A DNA stretch of 64,000 nucleotides. Source: Lama glama. Its lineage: Eukaryota. Made by a program: the position numbers and the translations under genes. Location: NCBI GenBank assembly GCA_028534125.1, contig CM052816.1, forward strand, positions 7,626,001 to 7,690,000, given 5' to 3'. Shown in pieces: positions 1-11,648 of this stretch (its first letter is position 1; each line of letters begins with the position of its first letter). Below the pieces are notes generated by a model that was not told the DNA's origin, did not search any database, and was given only the letters and a program-made list of their open reading frames with translations.

Positions 1-1712
1 AGAGCACTTAGTCCAATGCTTGGTACATGTTAATTTTAAGAATTACTATTAGTGTTATTATTTCCTAACCATCTTGGCTTACTTTGATTTCTCAGACTGA
101 GATGCTCTGAACTTTCGGATTTCCTTACAGTGTCAGCATGGAAGGTCCCTTAATGATCATCTAGCCTGATTCCTTCACATTATGGAAGGGGAAGCTGAGG
201 ACCAGAGAGGGGAAGGGACTTGCCCAGGGCCACACAGCAGAGCCAGGACTCAAACTCAAGTCTTTTGGTAACCCAGTCTTCTTTTTCCTTAATGTCTATC
301 CCTTGGCCTGAACAAGGAAGGCACTTTCAGGGAATCCATGGCTCAAAGAAGGAAGAGGGGGAAGAGAAGGTGGGAGAAGCTGACTGCTCTCAGCATTTCA
401 GCAGGGAAAGCTCAGAGCTAATCCTCCAGGGTGCGCAAGCCAAGTGTTCTAACTGGAGATTCCAGCTCTTTGAGCCTCCTTAGCCCTTCAAGTTCTTTCT
501 GCCATTTAAGACTCCATGAGCAAGAACCAGTCCAAGCTGTGCTTCATGGATTCACAGAGGATCAATGACGATTGTGGCCTCTGGAGAGAAATTTTCATGT
601 ACAGGGGAAATATTGCAATCCAGGAGCAACAAGGCTGAATTACACATTCTACCGATGGGGAATCTGAAACTCCATTTCCTAAAGGAAGGGACATTGCTCA
701 ATTTCACGGAAGGCTCTGGCTGACTCAGGGGGCTTATGCCAGGCTACCAAGAGGCTTCACAAAGGGAGAAAGGGACTAGATCTCTCTCCCTGGTGCTGAG
801 TCTTGCCACCATCCCAAATGCCTGTTACTGATCTGTTGGAGACATGCGCAAGGGAGGCCTTGCAACTTGGTACAGGAGGGCAGAAATGGCAGCATCTGAC
901 AGTGTGGGTGTGAGAAGGTATATTTTTACTCCCTGCAGAGAAAAGGGTTTTTGAGCAAGGAAGCGTATCGTCCTTTGCGCCTGGTCTAGCGCGAGGACCG
1001 GTGTCATTAGTCCTGTAGAACTTTCTGTGCAGTTTGGTATGGTAGCTGCTTGCCACGTGTGGCTGTTGAAACATTTAAAAAGTAGCCAGTCCAACCGGGG
1101 GACTGAGTGTGGTGTGAGAAAGAGCACTGGACTAGGAGTCAGGAAGTTCCTTGATTTACTCACTCGGAAAGTCATTTCCACTGTCTGGCCTTGACTTCCA
1201 CATGCGTAAAGTGAGGCTGTGGGGCCAGGACATCTCTCTAGCATTGCCCGGGCAATCCCAATCTGAGGGACACAGAGGCAGTTGAGGGTCAGATTCAGTG
1301 GACTCCCCGTCTCTCACCCCCAGTCCACTGCCTCCCAATGCTCTGCCCAGGGCTGATGTGGCCCCTTGATACCTGATCCTGCTTATTTCTTCAGATCCAC
1401 CTTTGTTATTTCCCCTTGCTTGCTTCAAACTCCATGGTCCTCTCAGAGTGAACAATTTCCAGTTCTCTGAATATACTCTCTCTTTGCATATTCTATTCCC
1501 CTTGCTGAGAATACCCTTCCTTATGCTCTTGCTTGGCTACTTCTGGGTCTCAGCTAAGGTGTCTCTTCCTTTAGAAAGACTTCCCAGTCCCAAATCTTGG
1601 CCAGATGCTCCCTTGTCCAGGCTCCTATAGCTCCCTGTGTTTCTCCTGCCAAAATACATCTCTACCACACTTTACTGTAACTACCTAGTTAATTTGCCTA
1701 CAGCCCCCAGAG

Positions 1713-1904
1713 CAATGCTATCCAACAGAACTTTCTGTGATGATGGAAATGTTCTATACATGTGCAATCTAATGTGGTAGCCACATGTGGCTACTGAGTA
1801 CTTAAACTGTGGCTGGTGCTATTGGGGAACTGAATTATTAATTTTAACTAATTTGTATTTAAATAGCCACATGTGGCTAATAGCTACTGTGCTGGACAGG
1901 GCAG
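1713..1904 (+). mobile_element. MER3-like hAT-Charlie MITE
   Basis: TCCAACAGAACTTTCTGTGATGATGGAAATGTTCTATA ... TAGCCACATGTGGCTA ... CTGGACAGGGCAG follows the MER3 layout as I recall it. Confidence 0.75.
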
Positions 1905-2349
1905 TATCAGAGTCTGTGAGCTCTGAGTGGGCAAGAAGTGGATCTGACTTGCCCATTCCTATGTCTTCAGTGGTCTATAATATTGTGTAAGAATGAAGAA
2001 ACTCCAGAACCAGGAATGATGGAGAAAGGCCAGCTCATTCAGATGGTCCCCCTCCATCCCCTCCCTAGGCATCTTTTCAGCAGATGATGAACTGAGTGAG
2101 CCCTTATGTTTGTAAAGTGGTCAACAGTTTACAAAGGAAGTCTGTAAACTATCATTTTGTCTTAATCACTGTTGCAGGAGGTGGGCAAAGCAGGACTCCT
2201 GATCCCCACTCTACAGCTGGGGATCACTGAGGCTCAGGATGGCGAGGTGAGGTGCAGGAGCACTAGCTGGTTGGTGCCGAGCTGGGCTGCTCCGTGGTGG
2301 ATAGGACCCTGAGGCCCCACACTACATCCAAGAGATCCGGCACAGAGGG

Positions 2350-2894
2350 AAGGAGTGGGCTTTCCTCTTCCCTATGGACAAGCCACAGAAACTAAGTGGA
2401 AACAGATGGGACAGGACTGGGGGCAGGAGGATGTGGGCTGGGTGTCTGGTGATTTCCTCAGGACCCTGGGCGCTGGAATCCCCCAGCTTGGGCAAAGGAA
2501 GAGATGGAGGTCCTCAGGAGAACCTGGGGGCGGGGTAGGGTGGGCTGGCCGGGTGGCCTCTGCCCCTGTGTCAGTTCCCAGTCCAGCCACAGAACCGTCA
2601 GGCTTCCGGCTCTTCCCCGGAGCCCCCTCCCCTCCCTGGAATTCACAGCAAGTGACAGCCAGTCTGGGAAGTGACAGGTGGGGAACTGACAAAGAAGGGC
2701 CCTGTGCTCTGCCAGGGGGCGGGATGGGGCCTCAGCTGAGTCTGCGGGGCTGCCTGCTCCTCCATCTCGGGGGAATTCCCCTCCTGCCTAAAAGTCAGCC
2801 CAGCCCTCCCTCCCTCCTTCCTGCAGACAGTCAGCCGAGGAGCCTCCGCGCTGGGGCACAGACCCTGTCTTCTCCTGCTCTTCCCCAGGTGAGT
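2350..2894 (+). promoter_or_regulatory. TNIP1: Probable distal TNIP1 promoter / alternative non-coding first exon ending at 2888
   Basis: GC-rich block, palindromic kB GGGGAATTCCCC (2770-2781), GGGCTTTCC (2357-2365), strong donor CAG|GTGAGT at 2889, ~5.7 kb upstream of the CpG-island exon. Confidence 0.55.
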
Positions 2895-3280
2895 GAGCTG
2901 GCGCAGGGCGGGAGCCAGGACAGGGAAGGGCTCACTGCACAGGACTGCAGGGCCACCAGGCCCTCCGGGCTCTGGGCCACGAGCTTCCTGGCCTCCCGCC
3001 TCGCTGCCAGCTGGGATCGGGCTGCCGGCCCCAGCCCCCTGCCCCTAGGCTTGGGCTCCGGCCTCTCTCACCCCTTGCCTGGCCTCATTCTCCTCTTGCT
3101 TGTCTCCCTCTACTTCTGATTTTGTCTTCCTGCCCTCCTCTCCTTGCGCTGCCTTCTCAGCCAGGCTTTTTCTCTCTGGTGGCTGCCAGTTTTTCCAAAG
3201 AGAAGGAAAAGAAAGACCTATTTTTTGTCTTATCCTTTTCCCAAGACAAGGGAGTAGGTTCATGAGTTTGAACGCAGATA

Positions 3281-3500
3281 TGTGTGTATGTGTGTGTGTG
3301 TGTGTGTGGATGTGTGTCTCTGTGAGAGTGTGTCACACCTTACATCTCCCGGCGTGCCTGTGTGTATGACCGTGTGAGCGAAAAATGTGTGAGCATGTTT
3401 ATGTGTTTGTGTGTGAGTGTGTCTGTGGGTGTCTGTGAGTGTCTGGGTCATTACGTGAATGTGTGTCGGTGACTCTTTGAGGGTGAGTGTGTGGGCGTGT
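3281..3500 (+). repeat. Degenerate (TG)n tract
   Basis: tgtgtgtatgtgtgtgtgtgtgtgtgtgga... extending as an imperfect TG run. Confidence 0.85.
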
Positions 3501-6500
3501 GTTGGGCACTTTAGTGATCTAAAGCTAGACAGGAAGAGAGCAGGTGGGAGTCTGCCCCTGCCTCCCTTGGGAACACAGTGGAAGGCTGGGGCCCTCCCTA
3601 ACCCTGGGGCAAAAGGACCTCTGGAGGGCCCTCCCACCTGCTCTCCTCCCAGGGCCAGCTGGACCTTTCTGTGGTTGAGCCTTTAGCAGAGACAGAGCCT
3701 GAGGCACTTGGAGTGGGTGACAGGCTGGCAGACAGTGGTGATGCGGTCTCCTCTTTGATCACAAACAGTCCAGATTTTCCAAAGCTCATCAGAGGCCCAG
3801 CCCAGGGAAGTCCCTGGCTAGGAGGGGCAAGGAATGGAAGCCAAGTCACTGTCACAGTGGCTCCTGGGCTGGAGAAGAATGGAAGGGGAAGCGGGAGGGG
3901 CCCTGGAAGAGGGAGCACAGGAGAGAACTTGGGGTGAGGCGGTAGGAGGGCTGCTCTCAGGGCCCTGAAGGGCTTCCCACGATTAGGAAATGCTCTGGTT
4001 CCCATGGGTCTGCCTCCTTCAGGGGCTGGGCTGGGCCTGACTGACCTCTCCCTACTTCCAAGAGGATGACAAGAGGCAACTTTGGGTCCAAACCCAGATC
4101 AGCTTGACACTCTGAGCTGGAGACAGGGAGGCCAGAGGGAGAGGAGCTGGAGTAGGGGAGGCCTGGGCTCCTAGAGCTGTGGGAGGGGCCTGGCCAGGCC
4201 ACGTATGCTACAGGCCAGGGCCGGGAATTTCCCCCAGTGTCACTTGGCCCTTTCCTCCCCTGCAGTGGGGCCATAGAAAGCTCAGAGTAACAGGCAGGCC
4301 CAGGGATGCAGGGGAAGCAGCTAGGATGGAGAAAGAGGAAAACAGGAAAGACCCTGGAGAAAAAATCAGGAGGAATGCCTTCTAGGCCTGGTGTTTCCGA
4401 GGACGTGTTGCGAAGTCTAGGGCTAGTTCCTCCACAGCTCTGGGCCCTGAGGTCCTCACTGGAAAGAGGAGATTACTGATCCCTGCCCACTGCACTGGGT
4501 GGATGATCACTGCCATTGCTGCCTCTCACTGATGCCAGGCTCTCGGGTGTCTCATTCTTTCTACCCTGTGCACTGGGCACAGTTCTAACCTTCATGTTAC
4601 TAATGAGGAGGCCAGGAGGGGCATCATGAGGGGTAAGTGGCAGGACTGTGATCTGAGCCCAGGCTGTCTGACTCCAGAGCCCACATCCTAACCCTTGTAT
4701 GACATGCCTTGTGGAAGTAGGGCAAATTGTGGATATGAAATGGTTTAATTCACCTTAAGGTGCTGAAAAAGTTTGAAAAGTTATACATTTCTTACCGCTG
4801 TGGTATCCATCCCCTTATGCAGTTATTGGGAGGTAGACGGAATTAAAAATGCCTTCTCGGGCTGAGGGTGGGAAGCAGGGACCATAGTCTCTGCTCACTA
4901 ATTTACTTCTTACCCCAAAATACGATTACCTAGTACAATTTCAGTCAACGCCATGTACTTGACATGCATTTCTCATTTATCACTGAAATCTCTCTCTCAT
5001 ATAGACACACACCCAACACCAAAAAACACCCAGAATCCACCATAGGCCTTTACATTCCTGAGATTGCCTCTGGCTATGGGGATGTGAGACTGCATCTGAG
5101 GAAGGGACCTAGACCCAGGACTGTTCTTTCCTCAGTTCATTAGCTGCTTGCCCAGAGTTTCATTCACCCCCAGCCAAGAACCCGACTTGACTAATTCACT
5201 ACAAGTGGGGCATGTGCTTGTTTGCTTTAGAAGCTCCATTTCCCATCACTAGGGTGTGTGACAGTAGCACTGCTCTGGGAGCAGGAGACTTAAGTACTAT
5301 CACAAACTCGCTGGAAGACCTCAGGCAAGTCCCTGCCGTCAGTGGCTTCAACCCCATGAGAAAAAGGCTGGGTCTGATCCTTTCGAAGGACCCTTCAAGG
5401 ACTGGCATTTTGAGTTCTATGCCTTGCCAAGCTGGCAAGATTCCATAGCATGTAGCTTAAGCGGGTTAAGAGTTTAAGAGCCTGGATCTTCACATTCCAG
5501 TGACCTGGTGCTATTTAAGACCTTGAATAAGTCACCTAACACCTCAGAGCCCCAGTTTCATGTGTGAAGTGGGGAAGGGGATGGTACTGACCTCAGAGGT
5601 GGGTTGGGAGATACATTATGTGAAAGTGCAGACCTAGCACGCGGCAAATACCCCACAAACGCCACCTTCTGATGTTTGTCACATGCAGCCTCCACTCCTC
5701 TTCAGGCACTGGATTTAGAGCTCAATCATTTACACGTGGAGTTTGGGTTTTGTTGTTAATGTTTTTCATTTCCCTCAAATGCGGATTTAAGTCTGACTTC
5801 CGAGCAGCCTTGGTGGAGGTGGTAGAGAGAGAAGGAAAGGTAGAAGAGATACTGGGAAGTTTTGGGTCTCAAAACCAAACAAAATGAAACAAAACACAGG
5901 CCTTTTGATTCTCCTCCCAGGTAGGGCTTTGTGGGGTGCTTGTCATCACCCTGGAAGAGCAAAAGTTTCCCAGCTGCCTGAGTCACCCAGTTTCCAGTGT
6001 CAGTCCCAGCTTCTCAGCTTGGAAATCTCCTTCCAGCTATGGGCGTATCAGGGGTGCCAGGCTCTGGGGGGCTGTTTCCCACTCTGCCAGGCCCCCAGAG
6101 TCTAGGGTCCCACAGAGGATGTGGATGGTGGGATGGAACCTAGGGAGGCTGAATTCCTGGGTTTAACAGTGAAATTCTACTCAATGCATGCAATCCACAT
6201 CTACAAACCACTACCATTTCTCCAATGCCTACTGTGTGCCAAACTTTGAGCTTTACTTGCATTATCTCATTTATCTTCATGATCACCTAAGAGGTAGGTA
6301 TTTATTATCTCCATTTTTCAGACAGGAACAGAGGCTTAGAGAGGCCACCCAGGAAGTAAGCGGTTGAGTCAGGGTGAGAACCCCATTAGTTAGATCCATA
6401 GCCTATGTTCATCATGAGTGTTGAGTTTCTGTAAGAAAGAAAGAAAAACCAGGACATTGTAAAGACAACATGGTGCAGTGGAAAGAGCACATATGACTGG

Positions 6501-8079
6501 GAGCCAAGGTCCAGGGTTCCAACCCTGGCTGCATCACTCAATATGCTTGGCCTTGAGGAAGTCCTTTACTACACTGAGGACTCTGTCTACCAATCTGTCA
6601 AATAGAGGGTTGTAATCAGTGGTCTCCAGGGCCTCTATAACATGATGAAATGCTCTGAACTCAGACTGAAAACGATGGAACAGGTAGGTGTGGTCATGAC
6701 TTTGAAGAGATGAGTGTTCTCACACATTGTAATTGTTAAGAAGAAGTATCCACAAGTAGGCAATCAGGCAAAAAGACGGCTGTGTGAGCTTTTTATGCCA
6801 TGCTAGACCATTGTTCAACAAGCCACCTCTAGGAGTCATCTGGCACTTTGGGGAATGAAGCTATTTGCCTAAGTCTCTAAGATCAGACCTTTACAAACAC
6901 AGCTAAAACAGTTTGGGGAAAAAATGCAAATAGTTGGAGACTTCATTTTTTAAAGTAAATTTCAGGCATGAGAAGAGTTGGGTTGGGATTAGAAAGAGAG
7001 CATTCTAGGAAGAAGCAAACTAGGAGTTTCGGACAAGAGCAGGAAGGAAACTGGACTGCGGGCCCTGATGGGTGAGGTGATACCTGAGAGCTGTGGTGAG
7101 AACCAGCCTGAGATTCTAATCTCCCCATACCTTCCACACTGGTAACGCTCAGTGTTGCTTTGGTGTTCAAATCCCTTTCTCCCTCCCTCTCTTCAAAATC
7201 AGGGTATGTGTGTACTTATTTTCATAATTAAAATGAACTAGAATTGGTACTGTTTTGAGAATTTGATAACTCCTTTGAAGTAACTGAAGGCATCCCATGA
7301 TGTCACAAAGCCTGAGAGTCCTTGGATTAGGCATACACGTGGGTAGGGATGTGTGTGTTTTTTCATATAGTCACAGTAGATTGACAGATTTCTCCTGTGA
7401 AATGAGGACCTATGTCGAATAGGTCCCCAAATCCTTTCTGAGAATGAGGCCCTGTCAATGACTAAATTTTCAACAGTTCCAGTGAAATACCTCTTTTGGA
7501 GTAAGGTTTTCATAAAACTGTATTTACCCAATTTAAAGAGCTGTCCTTTAGTCCAAGGTTAGGCCTTTCCAGTTTTTGAAATAAAAACTCAACCTCTTTT
7601 AAATAAAACGGTGAGGTTAAAAAAAAAAAAAAAACCAGTGTTCCCAACCTTAAATCAAGCTCCTGCCCCTTACTGGTCTGGAAGATCCCACAGTGTGTTT
7701 CCATGGTCTGGGCCACATATAAGTAGGCAGGGTAGGAGGTGGGCTCTAGATTTGCCTACTTAGGTTTGAATCTTAGCTCAGCCATTCACTAAGGTCATCT
7801 AGCTTCCTTGTGCCTTGCATATTAATTTATTTATAGTAAAAAATGATAAAACCATCACATTACGGTGGCTGTGTGGATTAAATAGCGCATGCAAAGCGTC
7901 TACCAAGTCTGGAGCAGTAAGTACGCAAAAAAAATGTTAGCAGTGACAGTAAGATTCTTTAAAGGTCCTTTCAGTTCAGAATTTCCATGAGCTCTGCTAA
8001 GTCCAGGAGCGCCGTGGAAGGAACCCTAGGGCCCTGCGCTCTAGCTCTGGCTCAGCTCCAGATGCTTTTGGCAAGTCCT

Positions 8080-9020
8080 CTCCCCGCGCTCTAGCCTGCG
8101 TGCCCCTGGCCCAGAGAAGGGGTGGGTGGTCTCCGCGGCTCAACTCTGCTCTGCAACTCCGGCTTTTAGGGTGGCCCCAGCCTCATTCCGGCGCCTGGAG
8201 TTTCCGGAGTAACGAGTGCCGCGAGGGGCTGCCCGGACCCGGGGAGGTCGCCGCCCGAGGCAAAGCCTGCCGAGGGGCCGGCCTGCTGGACGCGACCCCG
8301 GCGGCCATTCCTCACACCCCTGGGCTCTCCAGCCCCGGACCTCCGGCAGCTGCTGTTTACCTCCTTGCGTCCCACCCCAGCGGCCGCGAGCTCGACGAGA
8401 CGGCGCGGCGTGATTGGGCGAGCTGCCTATCAATCACTTGGGACTTTCCCAGGGGTGGGGCTGTCCAGCCCCCGGCACTTCCTAGTCCCAGGCCTCTTCC
8501 CCCTGCCCAGGCCCGGGAACCCGCGGAGTGCTGCCGGGCCAGAGCCTTGCCTGGGCCTCTACCCCCGTCCCTGGACCAGGGGCTGGACGCGGAGAGCGGG
8601 GCATTATCCCCCAGGGCCCCCACCCTCGGGTAAGCCGGCGGGGCCGGAGCAGGGATGGAACGGGAAGAACGAGTCCGGTACTGGGCCGTTCGAGCCTCGG
8701 CAGTGTCTGGCTGTGGCGGGGGGCGGGGCGGGGAGGGGAGAATCAGGCCGGGCCAGGTGGCCCAGGCTTCTTGGCTCCTGGGCTCTGGTACGCGAGTTCC
8801 CCGGGCACGGGGCGCCTCCAGGGGCGGCGGGGTCCGGCTGAGCGGGGAATCCCTGACCCGCGCGGAGGGTGGTGGGCGCGCGTGCGCACTGCGTGGGGGA
8901 GCCCGCCTGGGAACGGCGTGCAGGCGTTGTGCACAGCGTGCAGACCAGCCAGGTGGGGGTGTGTGCGCGGGCGTTGGTCTGTTTACAGTGTGGGAGACCG
9001 GTTTTGGAAGCAGTGTGCGT
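8080..9020 (+). promoter_or_regulatory. TNIP1: TNIP1 CpG-island promoter with non-coding first exon ending at 8629
   Basis: Dense CpG. Donor CGG|GTAAGC at 8630. kB sites GGGACTTTCC (8440-8449) and GGGGAATCCC (8844-8853), inverted CCAAT (8413-8417), FOXO-type TGTTTAC (8354-8360, 8980-8986), GC boxes ~8715-8740. Confidence 0.8.
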
Positions 9021-11512
9021 GCATATGTAATGAAGAGGAAAATAACTCCTATTGGGCGCTTTCTAAGTGCTGGTCTAAACCCCTTACATATATTAAACTC
9101 ATTTAATGGTCGCATATCCATACTCAAAATGAATATGATCATTATTATCCGGCTTTTACTATCCGCATTTTACAGTTTAGGAAACCGAGATACTTGGAGA
9201 TTGGGGTCACACAGCTAGGGAGTTGCAAAGTCAGGATGTGAACTCACGTTTGACTCCAGACTCCCTGCTGTGCTGTTGAACATATTTTGTCTGCTGTTAG
9301 AGACAACATTTGTGTGCATGTGCACGGTAGCTGTAGTGAGTTTATGTTGTGGAGTTATTCTATATGTGGGTGAGTTTTCCACCGTATAACATTCGTCTAC
9401 AAGAGTGTGTGAGGTTGTGTGTATGTGAAAGTGATTGTATTATGCATTCATTGTGTATGGGAGTGAGTGGGAATTTTGTGTGACTGGGTGAGAAATTGTG
9501 TTTTGGTTGAGGGCAGGGGGACTTTTGTGGATGATGCAGAAGAACCAGCAACGTCCGTCCACGCCCCCTTGCAGAATGACAGTGCAGGGAAATCTGTAGA
9601 TTCCTAATGCATCATTTTTATTTCACAGTATTGTCAAAATGGAATTTAATCAGCTCTTACTCATTTTCCAAACAATGGTGTATGGTAGAGGGGAATTTGG
9701 CATCTGATGCGAGGTCAGGAAAGGGGACTCTCAATTTTTTTTTCATTCGTGACAATGGATATTGGATTTAGAGGCTGGAATATTTATTGGCACAAACTCA
9801 TAGCAATCCTGTGATGTATTAATATCCCTATTTTACAGCAGAGAGAACTGAGTCCGTGAAAAGCCAATAATGGCAATAGTAACATTTTAAATATGGTAGC
9901 TTATATTTATCAGCACTTACCGTGTGCCAGGCACAGTGCTTTACATTTTAGTATCTCATCTTTTCACCAACTCTAGGAGTTGTTAGTAGCCTCAATTTTC
10001 AGATGAGAAACCTGAGCCCCCAAAAGGTTAAGACTTGTCCAAGTCTAGTAAGCCTTGAACCCTGGGCCTTGTTTCCTTTCCACCATCCTGGCTGTGTCCT
10101 GGGAAAATAATGTGATCAAGGCTTGGCGCTTCACAGAAGCCCTTGATCCTGTGTCCCTCTGGAGGCTGCAGCCTTGAGTGTCCTGTGTTCTGCATCCTTA
10201 CATGACCCTGTTTTCCCCCACCCATGAGTGTCCGAAGGTAAGGCTCATGCTGAGGGTTGCTACCTGCCCCTATGCCCACACCAGGTCGTTTGGGGCCCCA
10301 GGAAGCTGTGGGGTCTGATTCATACCCTTACCCCAGTGCTGCCTATAACTTGGGGCCCGGATGTCCTGAGTTGGGTCTGCCGACCTGATTTGAGTACCTC
10401 AGTGTTGTGGAAGGTCGGCTGTCTGCCTCCCTCTCTGGGTACTACGGGGTACTACTTTTACTTCTGCACTCACTGCGATTTAAACACTGCAGTCTGCTTC
10501 TCTTCCCCCTCCAACATGCCAAGCTTATTCTTGCCTGAGGCCTTCGTACTGTTCCTTCTGCCCAGAACGTCTTTCCCCAGCTCTTTCCATGGCTGGTTCT
10601 TCCTTATCTGCCAAGTCACAGCTCAAATGTCACCTCCTCAGAGGGGCCTTCCCTGACCTTTCTATGCAAAGTAGCCCCTTTTTTCACTTTCTATCATATT
10701 ACTATTGTATTTTTTTCATACAGTCATCACGCTTTGCAATAATCTTGCTTATTTGCAAATGAGAAAGTGTATATGTATGGAGCTTAGTGTCTGGCATATG
10801 ATAATTTTTAGTGTTTACCTGTTTGTTAGCTTTCTCTTTTCCTAGAATAGGAAGGTGAGAGCAAGGACCCCTTTAGTCTTCACAGGTGCATCCCTGATAC
10901 TAGGTAAGAGTATCTGGGGTCAGGGTCTGCTGGGTTTGTTCAATGAATGAATAGAATAGAAGAAACCAGGATGATGGTGCATTTCACAGATGAGAAAACT
11001 AAGGCCTAAAGATGGGAAGGCACTTGTCCCAGAGAGGTAGTGGCAGAGTCAGGGGGAATTGCTCCCTTGCATTTTTTTCCCTTCCAGTAGTCCGCAAACA
11101 TTTTTGGTCACGCTTGTATCTGTTGCTCAGGGGAATAAGGTACTGGCTCTGTCCAGGAACTTGTAATAGAATGGGCAGAAATGTGCCACGGGCACTAGCT
11201 GGAGGGCATTGTGTGCCAGCAGGTGCTCGGCAGTGAGTCTCCCTGGGTGTGGAGCAATTTGGGGGTGCCAGATGGTCAGGGGGCTTCCAGAGGGAGCTGA
11301 TTTCAAGGCTGGGCCCTCCAAGAGGATGAGGTGCAGACTGGGGCCTAAGCCCCTTTTGGAACTTAGTAGGCCAGGTAGAGGATTTGGGGTAAGGCTCTGC
11401 TGGGTTGAGGGAGCTGACCTGCTGCACTAGGAAAAACCCTAAGCTCTTGACTACCAGGCAGAGAAGTGTCAGCTGTTCCCGGTCGGTCGGCAAGATTGGG
11501 GAGTGATTAGAA

Positions 11513-11648
11513 CAGTTGGTTTGCAAACCCAAGAGTGCATCAGAATCCCCTGGGAGGCTTGTTAAACAGATTGCAGGGTTGCACCCCCAGAGCATCTGAT
11601 CCAGCTGGTGGTGGTGACGCTGCCAGCTGCTCTTTGAGAACCCATGGT
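11513..11648. mobile_element. MER5A-like DNA transposon fragment
   Basis: GTGCATCAGAATCCCCTGGGAGGCTTGTTAAACAGATTGC...TTTGAGAACC. Confidence 0.6.

Noticed and set aside
1778-1879. Repeated palindrome TAGCCACATGTGGCTA
   Set aside because: Intrinsic to the MER3-like element
2355-3119. 254-aa ORF
   Set aside because: GC-rich regulatory region, non-ATG start, low-complexity product, no recognisable homology
8100-9218. Several long overlapping ORFs (177-261 aa) on both strands
   Set aside because: They lie in the CpG island, where stop codons are depleted; the products are Pro/Arg/Gly/Ala-rich with no recognisable domain
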